Source: Candidatus Woesearchaeota archaeon (GTDB lineage: Archaea; Nanobdellota; Nanobdellia; SCGC-AAA011-G17; JAGVXY01). From it: a DNA stretch of 41,269 nucleotides. Shown here in pieces: positions 9,176 through 17,523 of the stretch; the first letter of the stretch is position 1; every line of letters starts with the position of its first letter. The translations under genes and the position numbers were made by a program. Location: NCBI GenBank assembly GCA_018303545.1, contig JAGVXY010000023.1:1-41269 (forward strand), read 5' to 3'. The notes below the pieces were generated by a model. It searched no databases. It worked only from the letters and a program-made list of their open reading frames with translations, and had not been told where the DNA came from.

Positions 9176-10687
9176 TTGCTTGTTGCAGGAATTTCGGAGG
9201 TATGTGGGGATTATCCCTCTTTGAGTGAGTGTGTAGACTTTTTAAATAATCAAAAGATTAATGGTATATTGCTTGGAGGAAATTTTACAAGCCAAATTGA
9301 ACTATCAAAAAGCCAAATAATAATAAATGAGACTAAAAAAAGATTAGTTGATTTAATTTTTGATTATTTCTCTGAAGAAAATAAGAATTTAATAAGTGTC
9401 TTCAATCAACTTGTCATTTATCAAAGAAAATATTTATTAGGATTTTTCTGTGAAAATCTTGAAAGTTATTTTGAATTAGTAAGTAACGAACCCATATTAA
9501 AAGAAAGATATAGCCAATTTTTTCCACAATTAAAGGGGCAAGATCCATTAAAATTCAAACAGAATTTGATTCAAATAATTAACGACGAATTACCAGAACG
9601 CATCGAAGCAACGATTGCAAAAGATTTGGAAATAATCAGTAAAAGCAAAAGAAATATGCTGATCAAACTTATGATTTCGAATCCGGATTTTTCACCTTGT
9701 GGGCAACATTTGTTGCTGAAATTTGCAAATTACTTAGGAATAAAAGGCGATAAAAAAATGACGGATTGTGCCCAGGCATATTGTGATAGTCTGATTGAAT
9801 ACAAAAGTACTTTTCTTCCAGGGTATATTAATCTAGCAGGGATAGTTAATAAATCAATACATAATGTTTTAATCTTGCCTGGAAGAAATGATATTGATTT
9901 TTCTTATTTTTATCAAGGCATATCAGAAGAATATAATCAGATACAGAGATTGATCAAAATTAATGGAATTGATAGAATAACTAAAACATGGAATGGACTG
10001 ATAATCTTGGGGTGGAGTGGAACGGATTTATCTGAATTGCCTCAAGAATATAGACCAAGAGGAGGCAGAAGAAATGTGGATGGAACAAAGATGCAATCCT
10101 TAACTGAAATAACTTATTGGTCGGAACCAGATCTACTCTTTATTAATCATCCCCCATTTGGATTTTCAAAAAAAGAATTGACCGGGAATAAAGAAATTAA
10201 TCAGTCAATCAAGATCTATAGAAATAAGTTTAGGAATGTAAAGGTAATATTATGTGCAGGTGATCTTTCAGAGAAGAGATTTACTTATTTTGATCCAGAA
10301 AAAAATTTTGAAACAAATAAGAGAGATTTATCTGATATGATTTCTTTGGACATTAGATTTTTGAATGAAAAGAAAAAAGGAGGTATATTCTTGAATGAGA
10401 CTTGTTATATAGTTAATCCAGGTCGATTTGGCAAATCTGCAAATTCATTAGTGCAAGGACCTAATTTAAATGGGACCCATAACGCTGCAGTCATGATTAA
10501 TCCAGACTTTCATAATTATATAATTATAGACTATGATACTTATAAATGCGAATTAAGAACAATTTTGTTTGTTAAGCATATTTCGAAGGAAGAAGCCTAT
10601 ATTGTTGAAAAGCAGGATATATTTAATAACAGAATAATCTCGCATAAAATTGGAGAACTAACTAAGAATATTTCCACTTACCTTTAG
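9176..10687 (+). CDS. Calcineurin-like metallophosphoesterase-fold protein with degenerate metal motifs and a large insertion
   Basis: Motif order ISEVCGD / ILLGGNF / ILPGRND / LFINHPPFG / ILCAGD / IVNPG parallels SDxHG / GD / PGNHD / THxPP / GHxH / VNPG. TTG start. Confidence 0.6.
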   Translation: MLVAGISEVCGDYPSLSECVDFLNNQKINGILLGGNFTSQIELSKSQIIINETKKRLVDLIFDYFSEENKNLISVFNQLVIYQRKYLLGFFCENLESYFELVSNEPILKERYSQFFPQLKGQDPLKFKQNLIQIINDELPERIEATIAKDLEIISKSKRNMLIKLMISNPDFSPCGQHLLLKFANYLGIKGDKKMTDCAQAYCDSLIEYKSTFLPGYINLAGIVNKSIHNVLILPGRNDIDFSYFYQGISEEYNQIQRLIKINGIDRITKTWNGLIILGWSGTDLSELPQEYRPRGGRRNVDGTKMQSLTEITYWSEPDLLFINHPPFGFSKKELTGNKEINQSIKIYRNKFRNVKVILCAGDLSEKRFTYFDPEKNFETNKRDLSDMISLDIRFLNEKKKGGIFLNETCYIVNPGRFGKSANSLVQGPNLNGTHNAAVMINPDFHNYIIIDYDTYKCELRTILFVKHISKEEAYIVEKQDIFNNRIISHKIGELTKNISTYL

Positions 10688-10746
10688 TCCCTGTGATAAA
10701 TTCGCAATTCAATCAAGAGAGAGGGAAATATTAAAAATTAAAATCC

Positions 10747-11559
10747 CTATTTATATATTGTAACTTTCTTCTCTAAAAATTTTCTCATATCCCTCACAAC
10801 AAAATCAGCCATTTTTATATATTGGTCATATTCTTTGCCAGTTATGAATTTCACTTCTCTATGCGTAATCTTCTTGAATATATTATATAAGTTATTCATA
10901 TATTCTGCAGTCTTTTGCTCAACAAGCTTTCTTTTTACCAGCTCGTGATTTACCATATTTGCAACATGCTCTGGTGAAGGCGGAATTTCGCCAATCTTCA
11001 TTAATGCTGCATGACATGAGTCTATTGCCGCAAGATACAAATCTACGACTGCTGAAAGCAAATGCTGTCTCGATCTTATCATACTTGCAGGGGCCATAGA
11101 ATAGTAGGTATAAATTGCCTCTGTGGTCGGTCTGATTCTGCCTAAGTCTAAAAGACGCTGCAATGGATCAAAAAATCCTGTATCAATCAATGCAATACCA
11201 TATCTCAAAACATTTATCGCGACAGCATCTCCAGACCTAACATACTCCCAAAATGAAGTAAGCTTCATAGACTGTATGTGTAGTCTGTTTGGGTCAACAT
11301 CGCGGAGAATTTTTGCATCTATTATACGATACGTTTCAACTATTTCTGGAGTGAGAATAACTGAGACGTCATCAAGCACCACTAAAATATCTATATCATG
11401 TGCTTTTTCTTTCCTGGCTACTGAACCAAAAAGTATTATCGCTTTTACAAAATCACCAAACTCTTTGTAAAGCCTATTAGCATATTCGCGAGCTGTGCGC
11501 AAATCTTCCTGGGGATATTCAATTCTTGGTCTATCCCTCCTTTGAATCTTGAATTTCAT
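10747..11559 (-). CDS. Nucleotidyltransferase (Pol-beta/MNT-like) - HEPN-like fusion protein
   Basis: ILFGSVARKEKAHDIDILVVLDD (GS...DxD). C-terminal helical LYLAAIDSCHAALMKIG..PPSPEHV...KKITH. SD GAGGTG upstream. Confidence 0.75.
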   Translation of the reverse strand: MKFKIQRRDRPRIEYPQEDLRTAREYANRLYKEFGDFVKAIILFGSVARKEKAHDIDILVVLDDVSVILTPEIVETYRIIDAKILRDVDPNRLHIQSMKLTSFWEYVRSGDAVAINVLRYGIALIDTGFFDPLQRLLDLGRIRPTTEAIYTYYSMAPASMIRSRQHLLSAVVDLYLAAIDSCHAALMKIGEIPPSPEHVANMVNHELVKRKLVEQKTAEYMNNLYNIFKKITHREVKFITGKEYDQYIKMADFVVRDMRKFLEKKVTIYK

Positions 11560-11571
11560 TTTTACACCTCT

Positions 11572-13518
11572 TTATTCTAATGGAGTTTCTGAGTAAGCGC
11601 CCCATTCTTTTGAAATTGGGGTGAGACCCGCTCCGCCTGTAACATAAGGACCGACTGCATGTGGCGTTGAATACATTGGACCAAATGTACTCATTGGAAC
11701 ATCCGTCCATGATCTTGGAGCCACGGCTCCGACACGGTAAGTCATCGATGCACCTAATCTAGACCATGCATGGGTCATAGCCTCATGATAACGACCTTGA
11801 TCTTGAGCACCACCTTCAACAATAAATGGCTCTTTCATTCCTGCTTTTTTCATAGTGTCGATGAAATGGCCTATTGGTGCATTACCCTCACCTAATGTAA
11901 GATGTTCATCATAATAACCAAAGTTATCAGATAAATGACCGTGACCGATTATACCTGATTTGGCTAAATCTTCTACTTTACCTTTTAACCATTTATCGAA
12001 TTCTTTATCCGACCCTTTAAAATACTTTCTCCAAGTATTGGCATGAGCAATATCAAACGTTGCCTTGATGTGTTCATTGGCAATTTTTTCAGCTTCTTTT
12101 TTATCGCCGGTAATTTTTTTCTCAATTAACTGTTCAGCCATAGCTTTTCTTGATTTTTGGACTAGTTCCTTTAATTCATCAGGATGAGCACCATAACCAT
12201 TCTCGGGAAAAATATTTTCTGGTGCAATATATAATGGTCTCTCAAGTTTTTTTTCTTTTTCTTTCTGGTAAGCATAAACTCCCAAACGGGCAATATTTGC
12301 AACTGATCTTTTCAACCCATAATCTTCAAGTGCTATGGCATTCTCTCTTTGAATAGCCATCTCCTTTGCCTGCTCTGCTTGGCCAACTGCACCTTCACGG
12401 TAATATTCTGTTTGTCTTGATGACTGAAGGGCCTTTTCTCTTGCAAATTCAGCAGGAGATTTTCCTTCAGTTGGTGAATAACCATGACGTCTGAAGTCTT
12501 CGTGAATTTGTGCCCCTTCTTTCCAAAGTTCTTTTACATCTTCCCGACTCGCATTATCTTTTTCAAACTTTTCTGCTCTCCTCGCTATTTCTTCCCATTT
12601 TTTTCTTGATTCTAGAGCCTCCTTATAAGCCTCTCCAAATTTTGCAGATTCAGACCAAAGATATTTTTCTCGACCCTCAACTTTCGAGCGATATATCATA
12701 AGCTCAGGAGTAAGCTGATTTTTCTTGTGGTCTGGATCTTCGTTCCATTCTTTAGCTAGTTCATTAAAATCATCGTATTTCTTAATCCTTACGTCTATTG
12801 CCCCCGTTTTTGGATTTGTAAGTGGAACGCGGTCGGCAAGCTTGAAAACTTTATTACCATCAAAATCAATATAATCATTCTTCTTTACCCTATTGCCCTG
12901 GGCATCAGTGTAGTCTTTCTCGCTTCTTTTAAATTCAGGAACAATAAATTCTTGGTCTTTCTTTATTCCTTGAACGAGTTCACCCGTTTTACTATTAACA
13001 AGATAAATCGGATGACTTTTCTCTTCATCTTTATATCTTTCAAACTCAGGATATTTTTTTGGAACAGCAACAGGAAATTCAGCAGTATGAATAACAACAG
13101 CACCACCTCCGGCAGTGTCAGCGGCAAAATCAACTGCTCTTCGAACTTCTATCATATTACGTTCTGCAGCTTCATCAGAAAAACCTCTTTCTCCCAAACC
13201 AGCAAAACCGGCAGCGTTAGCAGAAGCGTGAGTTGAAAGCTGAACCTTGTTGATTTTTGCCAATTCTTTTATAGCTTCTCTTTTCGCTCTACCGATGGTC
13301 TCAGGATTATAACCTGTAGGCTGGTAAACGGAACCTTTGCCAGAACCCATAAAACCTAATTCAACTGCCTGAGCGCCAACATTAATGTTAGTCTTGAGCT
13401 GCTCAAGAGGATCTCCTGCACCGACAGAAATGCCTAACTCTTTAGCACTTAGTGGTTCTTTAGTTTTAATAAAATAATTATCCATGCTGTTCCAATAATC
13501 ATTATCGAAGCTGACCAT
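11572..13518 (-). CDS. Xylose isomerase-like / endonuclease IV-type TIM-barrel protein with a ~245-aa insertion
   Basis: STH97, VIH144, APE434N, TFD489IAH492, GH528LSDN, YD537EH539LTLGEG, IVE568. Confidence 0.8.
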   Translation of the reverse strand: MVSFDNDYWNSMDNYFIKTKEPLSAKELGISVGAGDPLEQLKTNINVGAQAVELGFMGSGKGSVYQPTGYNPETIGRAKREAIKELAKINKVQLSTHASANAAGFAGLGERGFSDEAAERNMIEVRRAVDFAADTAGGGAVVIHTAEFPVAVPKKYPEFERYKDEEKSHPIYLVNSKTGELVQGIKKDQEFIVPEFKRSEKDYTDAQGNRVKKNDYIDFDGNKVFKLADRVPLTNPKTGAIDVRIKKYDDFNELAKEWNEDPDHKKNQLTPELMIYRSKVEGREKYLWSESAKFGEAYKEALESRKKWEEIARRAEKFEKDNASREDVKELWKEGAQIHEDFRRHGYSPTEGKSPAEFAREKALQSSRQTEYYREGAVGQAEQAKEMAIQRENAIALEDYGLKRSVANIARLGVYAYQKEKEKKLERPLYIAPENIFPENGYGAHPDELKELVQKSRKAMAEQLIEKKITGDKKEAEKIANEHIKATFDIAHANTWRKYFKGSDKEFDKWLKGKVEDLAKSGIIGHGHLSDNFGYYDEHLTLGEGNAPIGHFIDTMKKAGMKEPFIVEGGAQDQGRYHEAMTHAWSRLGASMTYRVGAVAPRSWTDVPMSTFGPMYSTPHAVGPYVTGGAGLTPISKEWGAYSETPLE

Positions 13519-13519
13519 T

Positions 13520-14884
13520 TTACATAGTCACCATCCTATTCGCTTTCTTAAAGATGTAACCTAATGCATATGCGGAACCACTTGCTGCTTTTCCAGCCTT
13601 GCTTTTCTCTGATTTTGCATCAATTGGCTTCAATTGATGTGCCTTATTCTCTTTGCCTAATTGCCTTAGTTCTTTTAATCCGAATGTGCTACCTAATGAG
13701 GTAAAGAATCCTGTAAAGAAACTTGCAGATTCCTTTTTATCTTCTTTTTCTTTTTTACCGCCAATCATATCTGCCTGCTTCAAATATTCTTTCAAATCAT
13801 CTTCAATAGCAGTAAAACCTTCCTGAAGAGATTTCAAAACTTCAAAGTCTTCCTCATCTTTCTTTTTGAAATATTCATCAATATCTTTTTGAGTAACAAC
13901 ATAAGGGGCAATTACCACATCTGTACGGCCCATATGCATTGGACCTTTCTGGTATTCTGACTGGAAAGCCATTTGCGGCAGAACAACATATTTCATAGTC
14001 ACACGAACAGCAGGATAATATGTGTGAAATGATTTTGAATTAAAAGCCAATAATTCTAATTCAATTTTTGCAGATTCAAAAGAACGGACAATATCCGGAT
14101 CATTTAAATCACCTTTTAGATTTAATGCCCTAATATTTGTAATATAAGGGCGAATCCAATTGATATACATCTTCATTGTGTAATAATGAGTCTTAAGATT
14201 GCTCAAAGAGAAACGCTTTCTCTGCCTCAATTCTTTTTTTGTTGTATCACGCCATACAGCAAATTGCTTTAATTTTGTGGCAACAAGGCTTTTGACTTTT
14301 TGATTTGTATCAATCGCTTTTACTTTTGAAGCGACATCTTCAGAACTTTTTACATCTGTATTAAAAAAATGATCTGCCAATGTAACATAACCTGGACCGC
14401 CGACTGCTGATAGACCTAAGACAGAACCGGGATTTTGAGTACCACCCTCAACTAAATTTGTCCAAACTGTTTTCAATGCCAATTGAGATTCGTGAATGCC
14501 TTTCTCATCTTCTTCATAAAGAGTTAATCTTTCGTCTAAAATCCTTAACTCGTGAATCATCTTGAACAAAGACTGATTCATCTGTGCTAATGCTCCGAGC
14601 CACTTCCCTACTTCTCCCTGCTGAATAGACCTCCTTTGTTCTATATTACCAAAAAAGGATGATGAAGCAGCTGCATCAAAGACATCTCTAAGCTTAAGAA
14701 CCTGCTCAAAGCCTAAACCAAAAGGGCCTGGCTGCTGCAAGAAACGGAGAATCCAATAATAATGCTTTTCGACCCCAGCTTGCATGCTTTCTATGACAAA
14801 CTTGAAAGTTTTGCCACAGGCTGCATTGTCGACTAAAGGATTCCCACCCATTTTTTCCCTATCCAAAGTGATAATTTTTGTCAT
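13520..14884 (-). CDS. Hypothetical protein (454 aa), first gene of a 3-gene operon
   Basis: Long ORF with SD GAGGT upstream. Stop lies 1 nt before the ATG of the TIM-barrel gene. Helical/coiled-coil character, with the segment LKTVWTNLVEGGTQNPGSV. Confidence 0.85.
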   Translation of the reverse strand: MTKIITLDREKMGGNPLVDNAACGKTFKFVIESMQAGVEKHYYWILRFLQQPGPFGLGFEQVLKLRDVFDAAASSSFFGNIEQRRSIQQGEVGKWLGALAQMNQSLFKMIHELRILDERLTLYEEDEKGIHESQLALKTVWTNLVEGGTQNPGSVLGLSAVGGPGYVTLADHFFNTDVKSSEDVASKVKAIDTNQKVKSLVATKLKQFAVWRDTTKKELRQRKRFSLSNLKTHYYTMKMYINWIRPYITNIRALNLKGDLNDPDIVRSFESAKIELELLAFNSKSFHTYYPAVRVTMKYVVLPQMAFQSEYQKGPMHMGRTDVVIAPYVVTQKDIDEYFKKKDEEDFEVLKSLQEGFTAIEDDLKEYLKQADMIGGKKEKEDKKESASFFTGFFTSLGSTFGLKELRQLGKENKAHQLKPIDAKSEKSKAGKAASGSAYALGYIFKKANRMVTM

Positions 14885-15024
14885 TTATAAGCTTTTACCT
14901 CTCTGCGACATTTATGTAATAGTTACGGGTATAGAAGATTTCTTAAGATAAATATATTCTGTAAAATATATGACAAAAAAATCATAGTTAATTTTATTAA
15001 GTTTGATTTGTGATAAAATATTAA

Positions 15025-15414
15025 ATGAAAAAATTGTGGTTAGTTGCTTTGATTGTTTTTATTTTTGATCAACTTAGTAAAATATTTTTCACGGGGAAAG
15101 AATTTTTTATTTTTAAGTATGCTGAGAATTATGGCGCTGCATTTTCTCTTTTTAATGGAGGTCGATGGTTCTTTATTTTTGTTGCTATTGCTTTAATATT
15201 CTTTATCTGGCATTATAGAAAGAAAATAAATAAAAACTTACAAATTCCCTTGGGACTACTTGTTGGAGGCGCATTAGGAAACACTTATGATAGATTATTT
15301 TTCGGCTTCGTAAGGGACTTTATTGATTTGGGATTTTGGCCTGTGTTTAACATCGCAGATATTGCAAACTGCATTGCTGTTGTTCTAATCATATATTATA
15401 CGTGGAAAGAATAA
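15025..15414 (+). CDS. lspA: Lipoprotein signal peptidase (signal peptidase II)
   Basis: FDQLSK, ENYGAAFS, GGALGNTYDR, VRDFID and PVFNIAD (both catalytic Asp present). Hydrophobic segments. Confidence 0.9.
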   Translation: MKKLWLVALIVFIFDQLSKIFFTGKEFFIFKYAENYGAAFSLFNGGRWFFIFVAIALIFFIWHYRKKINKNLQIPLGLLVGGALGNTYDRLFFGFVRDFIDLGFWPVFNIADIANCIAVVLIIYYTWKE

Positions 15415-15454
15415 ATTGTACTTCTAGAAATTAAACATTTATATTTTAGAAACA

Positions 15455-15475
15455 TTTAAATAGATGTATTATCTA
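15455..15475 (+). promoter_or_regulatory. TATA box plus small inverted repeat (possible antitoxin operator)
   Basis: TTTAAATA at 15455-15462, 23 nt before ATG 15486. TAGAT-N5-ATCTA at 15461-15475. Confidence 0.5.
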
Positions 15476-15485
15476 AATGTATCGT

Positions 15486-15740
15486 ATGGGGACGATAACA
15501 ATAAACGTCGAAGATAATGTAGAGGCTGATTTTAGAAAGATGGTAGAATCAGAGTACGGCACTGGAAAAGGAATTCTTGGAAAAGCCGTTGCGGAAGCAT
15601 TGAAAAAATGGATCGAAGAAAAAGAACAGAAAGAAATTAAGGAAAAACTCATTAAACTGATGGACAGCGGGTTCAAATCAGGCATTAAGATGTACAAAGA
15701 AAGGGGAGAACTATATGAAAGAAGATGCAGCCATAATTGA
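15486..15740 (+). CDS. Ribbon-helix-helix-type antitoxin (VapB-like)
   Basis: MGTITINVEDNVEADFRK...KAVAEALKKW (beta strand plus two helices). Overlaps the PIN gene start. TATA spacing favours ATG 15486. Confidence 0.7.
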   Translation: MGTITINVEDNVEADFRKMVESEYGTGKGILGKAVAEALKKWIEEKEQKEIKEKLIKLMDSGFKSGIKMYKERGELYERRCSHN

Positions 15741-16152
15741 TTCTAACATACTTGTATATGCTTATGATGAAACTGAAAAAAATAAACATTTGGCTGCAAA
15801 AGCACTGATTTATGATATTATCAAAAAAGATAAACATTTTGTATTATCTGTGCAGAATATTTCTGAATTTTTTTTCATAATCACGGAAAAATTAAAAATG
15901 GATAAAGAAGTTGCGGAATATCTCGTGAAAAATTATGCCAAGTTGGAATCTGGAAAAATATTAGGAATAAATCCAAACTCGGTAATTAGGGCAATGGATA
16001 TTTCGAGAGAATATAATATACACTATTGGGATGCATTGATAGCTGCAGTAATGGAAGAAAATGGCATAAAAAGGATATATACCGAAAATGTTAAAGACTT
16101 TTCTAAAGTCCCGTGGATTGAAGTGATAAACCCATTAATTCAAAATTCCTGA
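15715..16152 (+). CDS. vapC: PIN-domain toxin (VapC family)
   Basis: IIDSNILVYA, QNISEF, YWDALIAA, IYTENVKDF: four acidic PIN positions. Confidence 0.88.
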   Translation: MKEDAAIIDSNILVYAYDETEKNKHLAAKALIYDIIKKDKHFVLSVQNISEFFFIITEKLKMDKEVAEYLVKNYAKLESGKILGINPNSVIRAMDISREYNIHYWDALIAAVMEENGIKRIYTENVKDFSKVPWIEVINPLIQNS

Positions 16153-16406
16153 TAAATCTTATGCGGGCCTATCTCCAAGAAATAGATTTTGTCATCAATA
16201 ACTTCATAGATTATTCTAAAATTATGATTTATTCTTGCACTAAATAATTTGCGTTCTGCATGCAACCTTTCGTGCTGGTGCGGATGCTCTGGCTCGTTAA
16301 GGATTTCATTGATAACTTTATTTACATGCTCCTTTAATCCAGGATATTTCTTCAAATGCTTCAAGAAACGAGAGCTGAATTCCTGGCTATGAATATTGAA
16401 CCACAT
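16140..16406 (-). CDS. RelE/ParE-superfamily toxin-like protein, no adjacent antitoxin
   Basis: F.KHLKK...ERLH...LFSARINHNFRIIYEVIDDKIYFLEIGPH..Y pattern. An alternative TTG start is at 16415. Confidence 0.7.
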   Translation of the reverse strand: MWFNIHSQEFSSRFLKHLKKYPGLKEHVNKVINEILNEPEHPHQHERLHAERKLFSARINHNFRIIYEVIDDKIYFLEIGPHKIYQEF

Positions 16407-16490
16407 AGAGGGCAATAAAGAAAATGAAGTTAAAAAATGTTTCTAAAATACGTTAATTTTATAAATAAAAAGTAAGTTTAAGGTAGTTAT

Positions 16491-16565
16491 GAGCCTGTAG
16501 CCTAGACTGGATAGGGCACCAGCCTTCTAAGCTGGGGACCGAGGGTTCAAATCCCTCCAGGCTCA
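16491..16565 (+). tRNA. tRNA-Arg(TCT)
   Basis: Acceptor GAGCCTG/CAGGCTC, anticodon arm CCAGC-CTTCTAA-GCTGG, T arm GAGGG-TTCAAAT-CCCTC. No intron, no encoded CCA. TTTATAAA at 16458-16465. Confidence 0.95.
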
Positions 16566-16567
16566 TA

Positions 16568-17245
16568 TTATTTCAAAGGAATCTGTTCTATAATTAATAA
16601 GGCCTGCTGATCCTTTTCGTTAGGATAAGGATAAACCTGTTCATTCGTTATTTTAATACCAGTGAACTCTTTTGAAGTCCCTTCAGGAATGGTGTAAGAC
16701 CTTCGATAAATATCCTGCATATCTATATTAATTATAACGGTGGATGGTTTTCCTAAATTTCCTGCAATAATATCATAAACTGAGACAGTAACATTTTCGA
16801 ATCTGATAAAATCATCTACTTTCATCAAATATTCATTTGTTTTGAAGGTATATTCTGTAACGTTAATTGCAACAAAATCTCTTTCCTTATGAACATTGTC
16901 ATAAACTTGAGTTACAAAAAAGAAAAACTTATTATCAATTGGGTATCCTGTTCCTGTAGTGAATAGAGTAAACTTCTTATCCCCTAATAAAAATTTTGCT
17001 TGGCCGTCATTGGTATGCTCAAGCAAGGTTAATTTATTTTCTCCAAATTGCAAGGAATCTCCTATCCTAAATTTCATATAGGCTTCGGGCTTTACTGTAA
17101 ATATTGCAGAATCATTTAATGTCTGATTTTCTTCTGAAAGATCTACTCTTTCTGAAGTATTCAACGGGAAAATTTCTTCTTTTTCATAGCACCCTGCTGT
17201 AAACAAAATCCCTACCATAAGTAAAAATATCATTGTCCTTTTCAT
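16568..17245 (-). CDS. Hypothetical secreted lipoprotein-like protein
   Basis: MKRTMIFLLMVGILFTAG-C signal (likely start 17245; ORF track starts 17302). Beta-rich with two loosely repeated units (YMKFRIGDSLQFGE / YLMKVDDFIRFEN). Confidence 0.75.
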   Translation of the reverse strand: MKRTMIFLLMVGILFTAGCYEKEEIFPLNTSERVDLSEENQTLNDSAIFTVKPEAYMKFRIGDSLQFGENKLTLLEHTNDGQAKFLLGDKKFTLFTTGTGYPIDNKFFFFVTQVYDNVHKERDFVAINVTEYTFKTNEYLMKVDDFIRFENVTVSVYDIIAGNLGKPSTVIINIDMQDIYRRSYTIPEGTSKEFTGIKITNEQVYPYPNEKDQQALLIIEQIPLK

Positions 17246-17379
17246 TTTTGCTGTCTTAAAGACCTTGTTTTGTTTATAAAATTTTCTATGCTTCTGAACC
17301 ACATTTCAAACTTATTGGATTTTGCCAAAAAGGTTATGGAAAGGCTTAAATATTAGATTTAAGTTATTCTTGAATTAAT

Positions 17380-17452
17380 GCTGGTATGCCCAAGCGGTTA
17401 AGGGGATCGGCTGCAACCCGATTATTCCCAGGTTCGAATCCTGGTACCAGCT
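17380..17452 (+). tRNA. tRNA-Cys(GCA)
   Basis: Acceptor GCTGGTA/TACCAGC, anticodon arm ATCGG-CTGCAAC-CCGAT, T arm CCAGG-TTCGAAT-CCTGG, U73 discriminator. No CCA. Confidence 0.95.
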
Positions 17453-17523
17453 TTTCTTAAAACTAATGGGCAAATGCAAAAAAACACAAAATATTTATAA
17501 AATAACTACCCTCAATGTTACTC

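Noticed and set aside
16491-17452. Introns or split/permuted tRNA halves
   Set aside because: Both tRNAs fold as complete standard cloverleaves with 7-nt anticodon loops and no bulge-helix-bulge insert.
15415-17460. Integrated element bounded by tRNA att sites
   Set aside because: No integrase or transposase, and I found no duplicated tRNA 3' end by eye. An exact repeat search on the full contig would be decisive.
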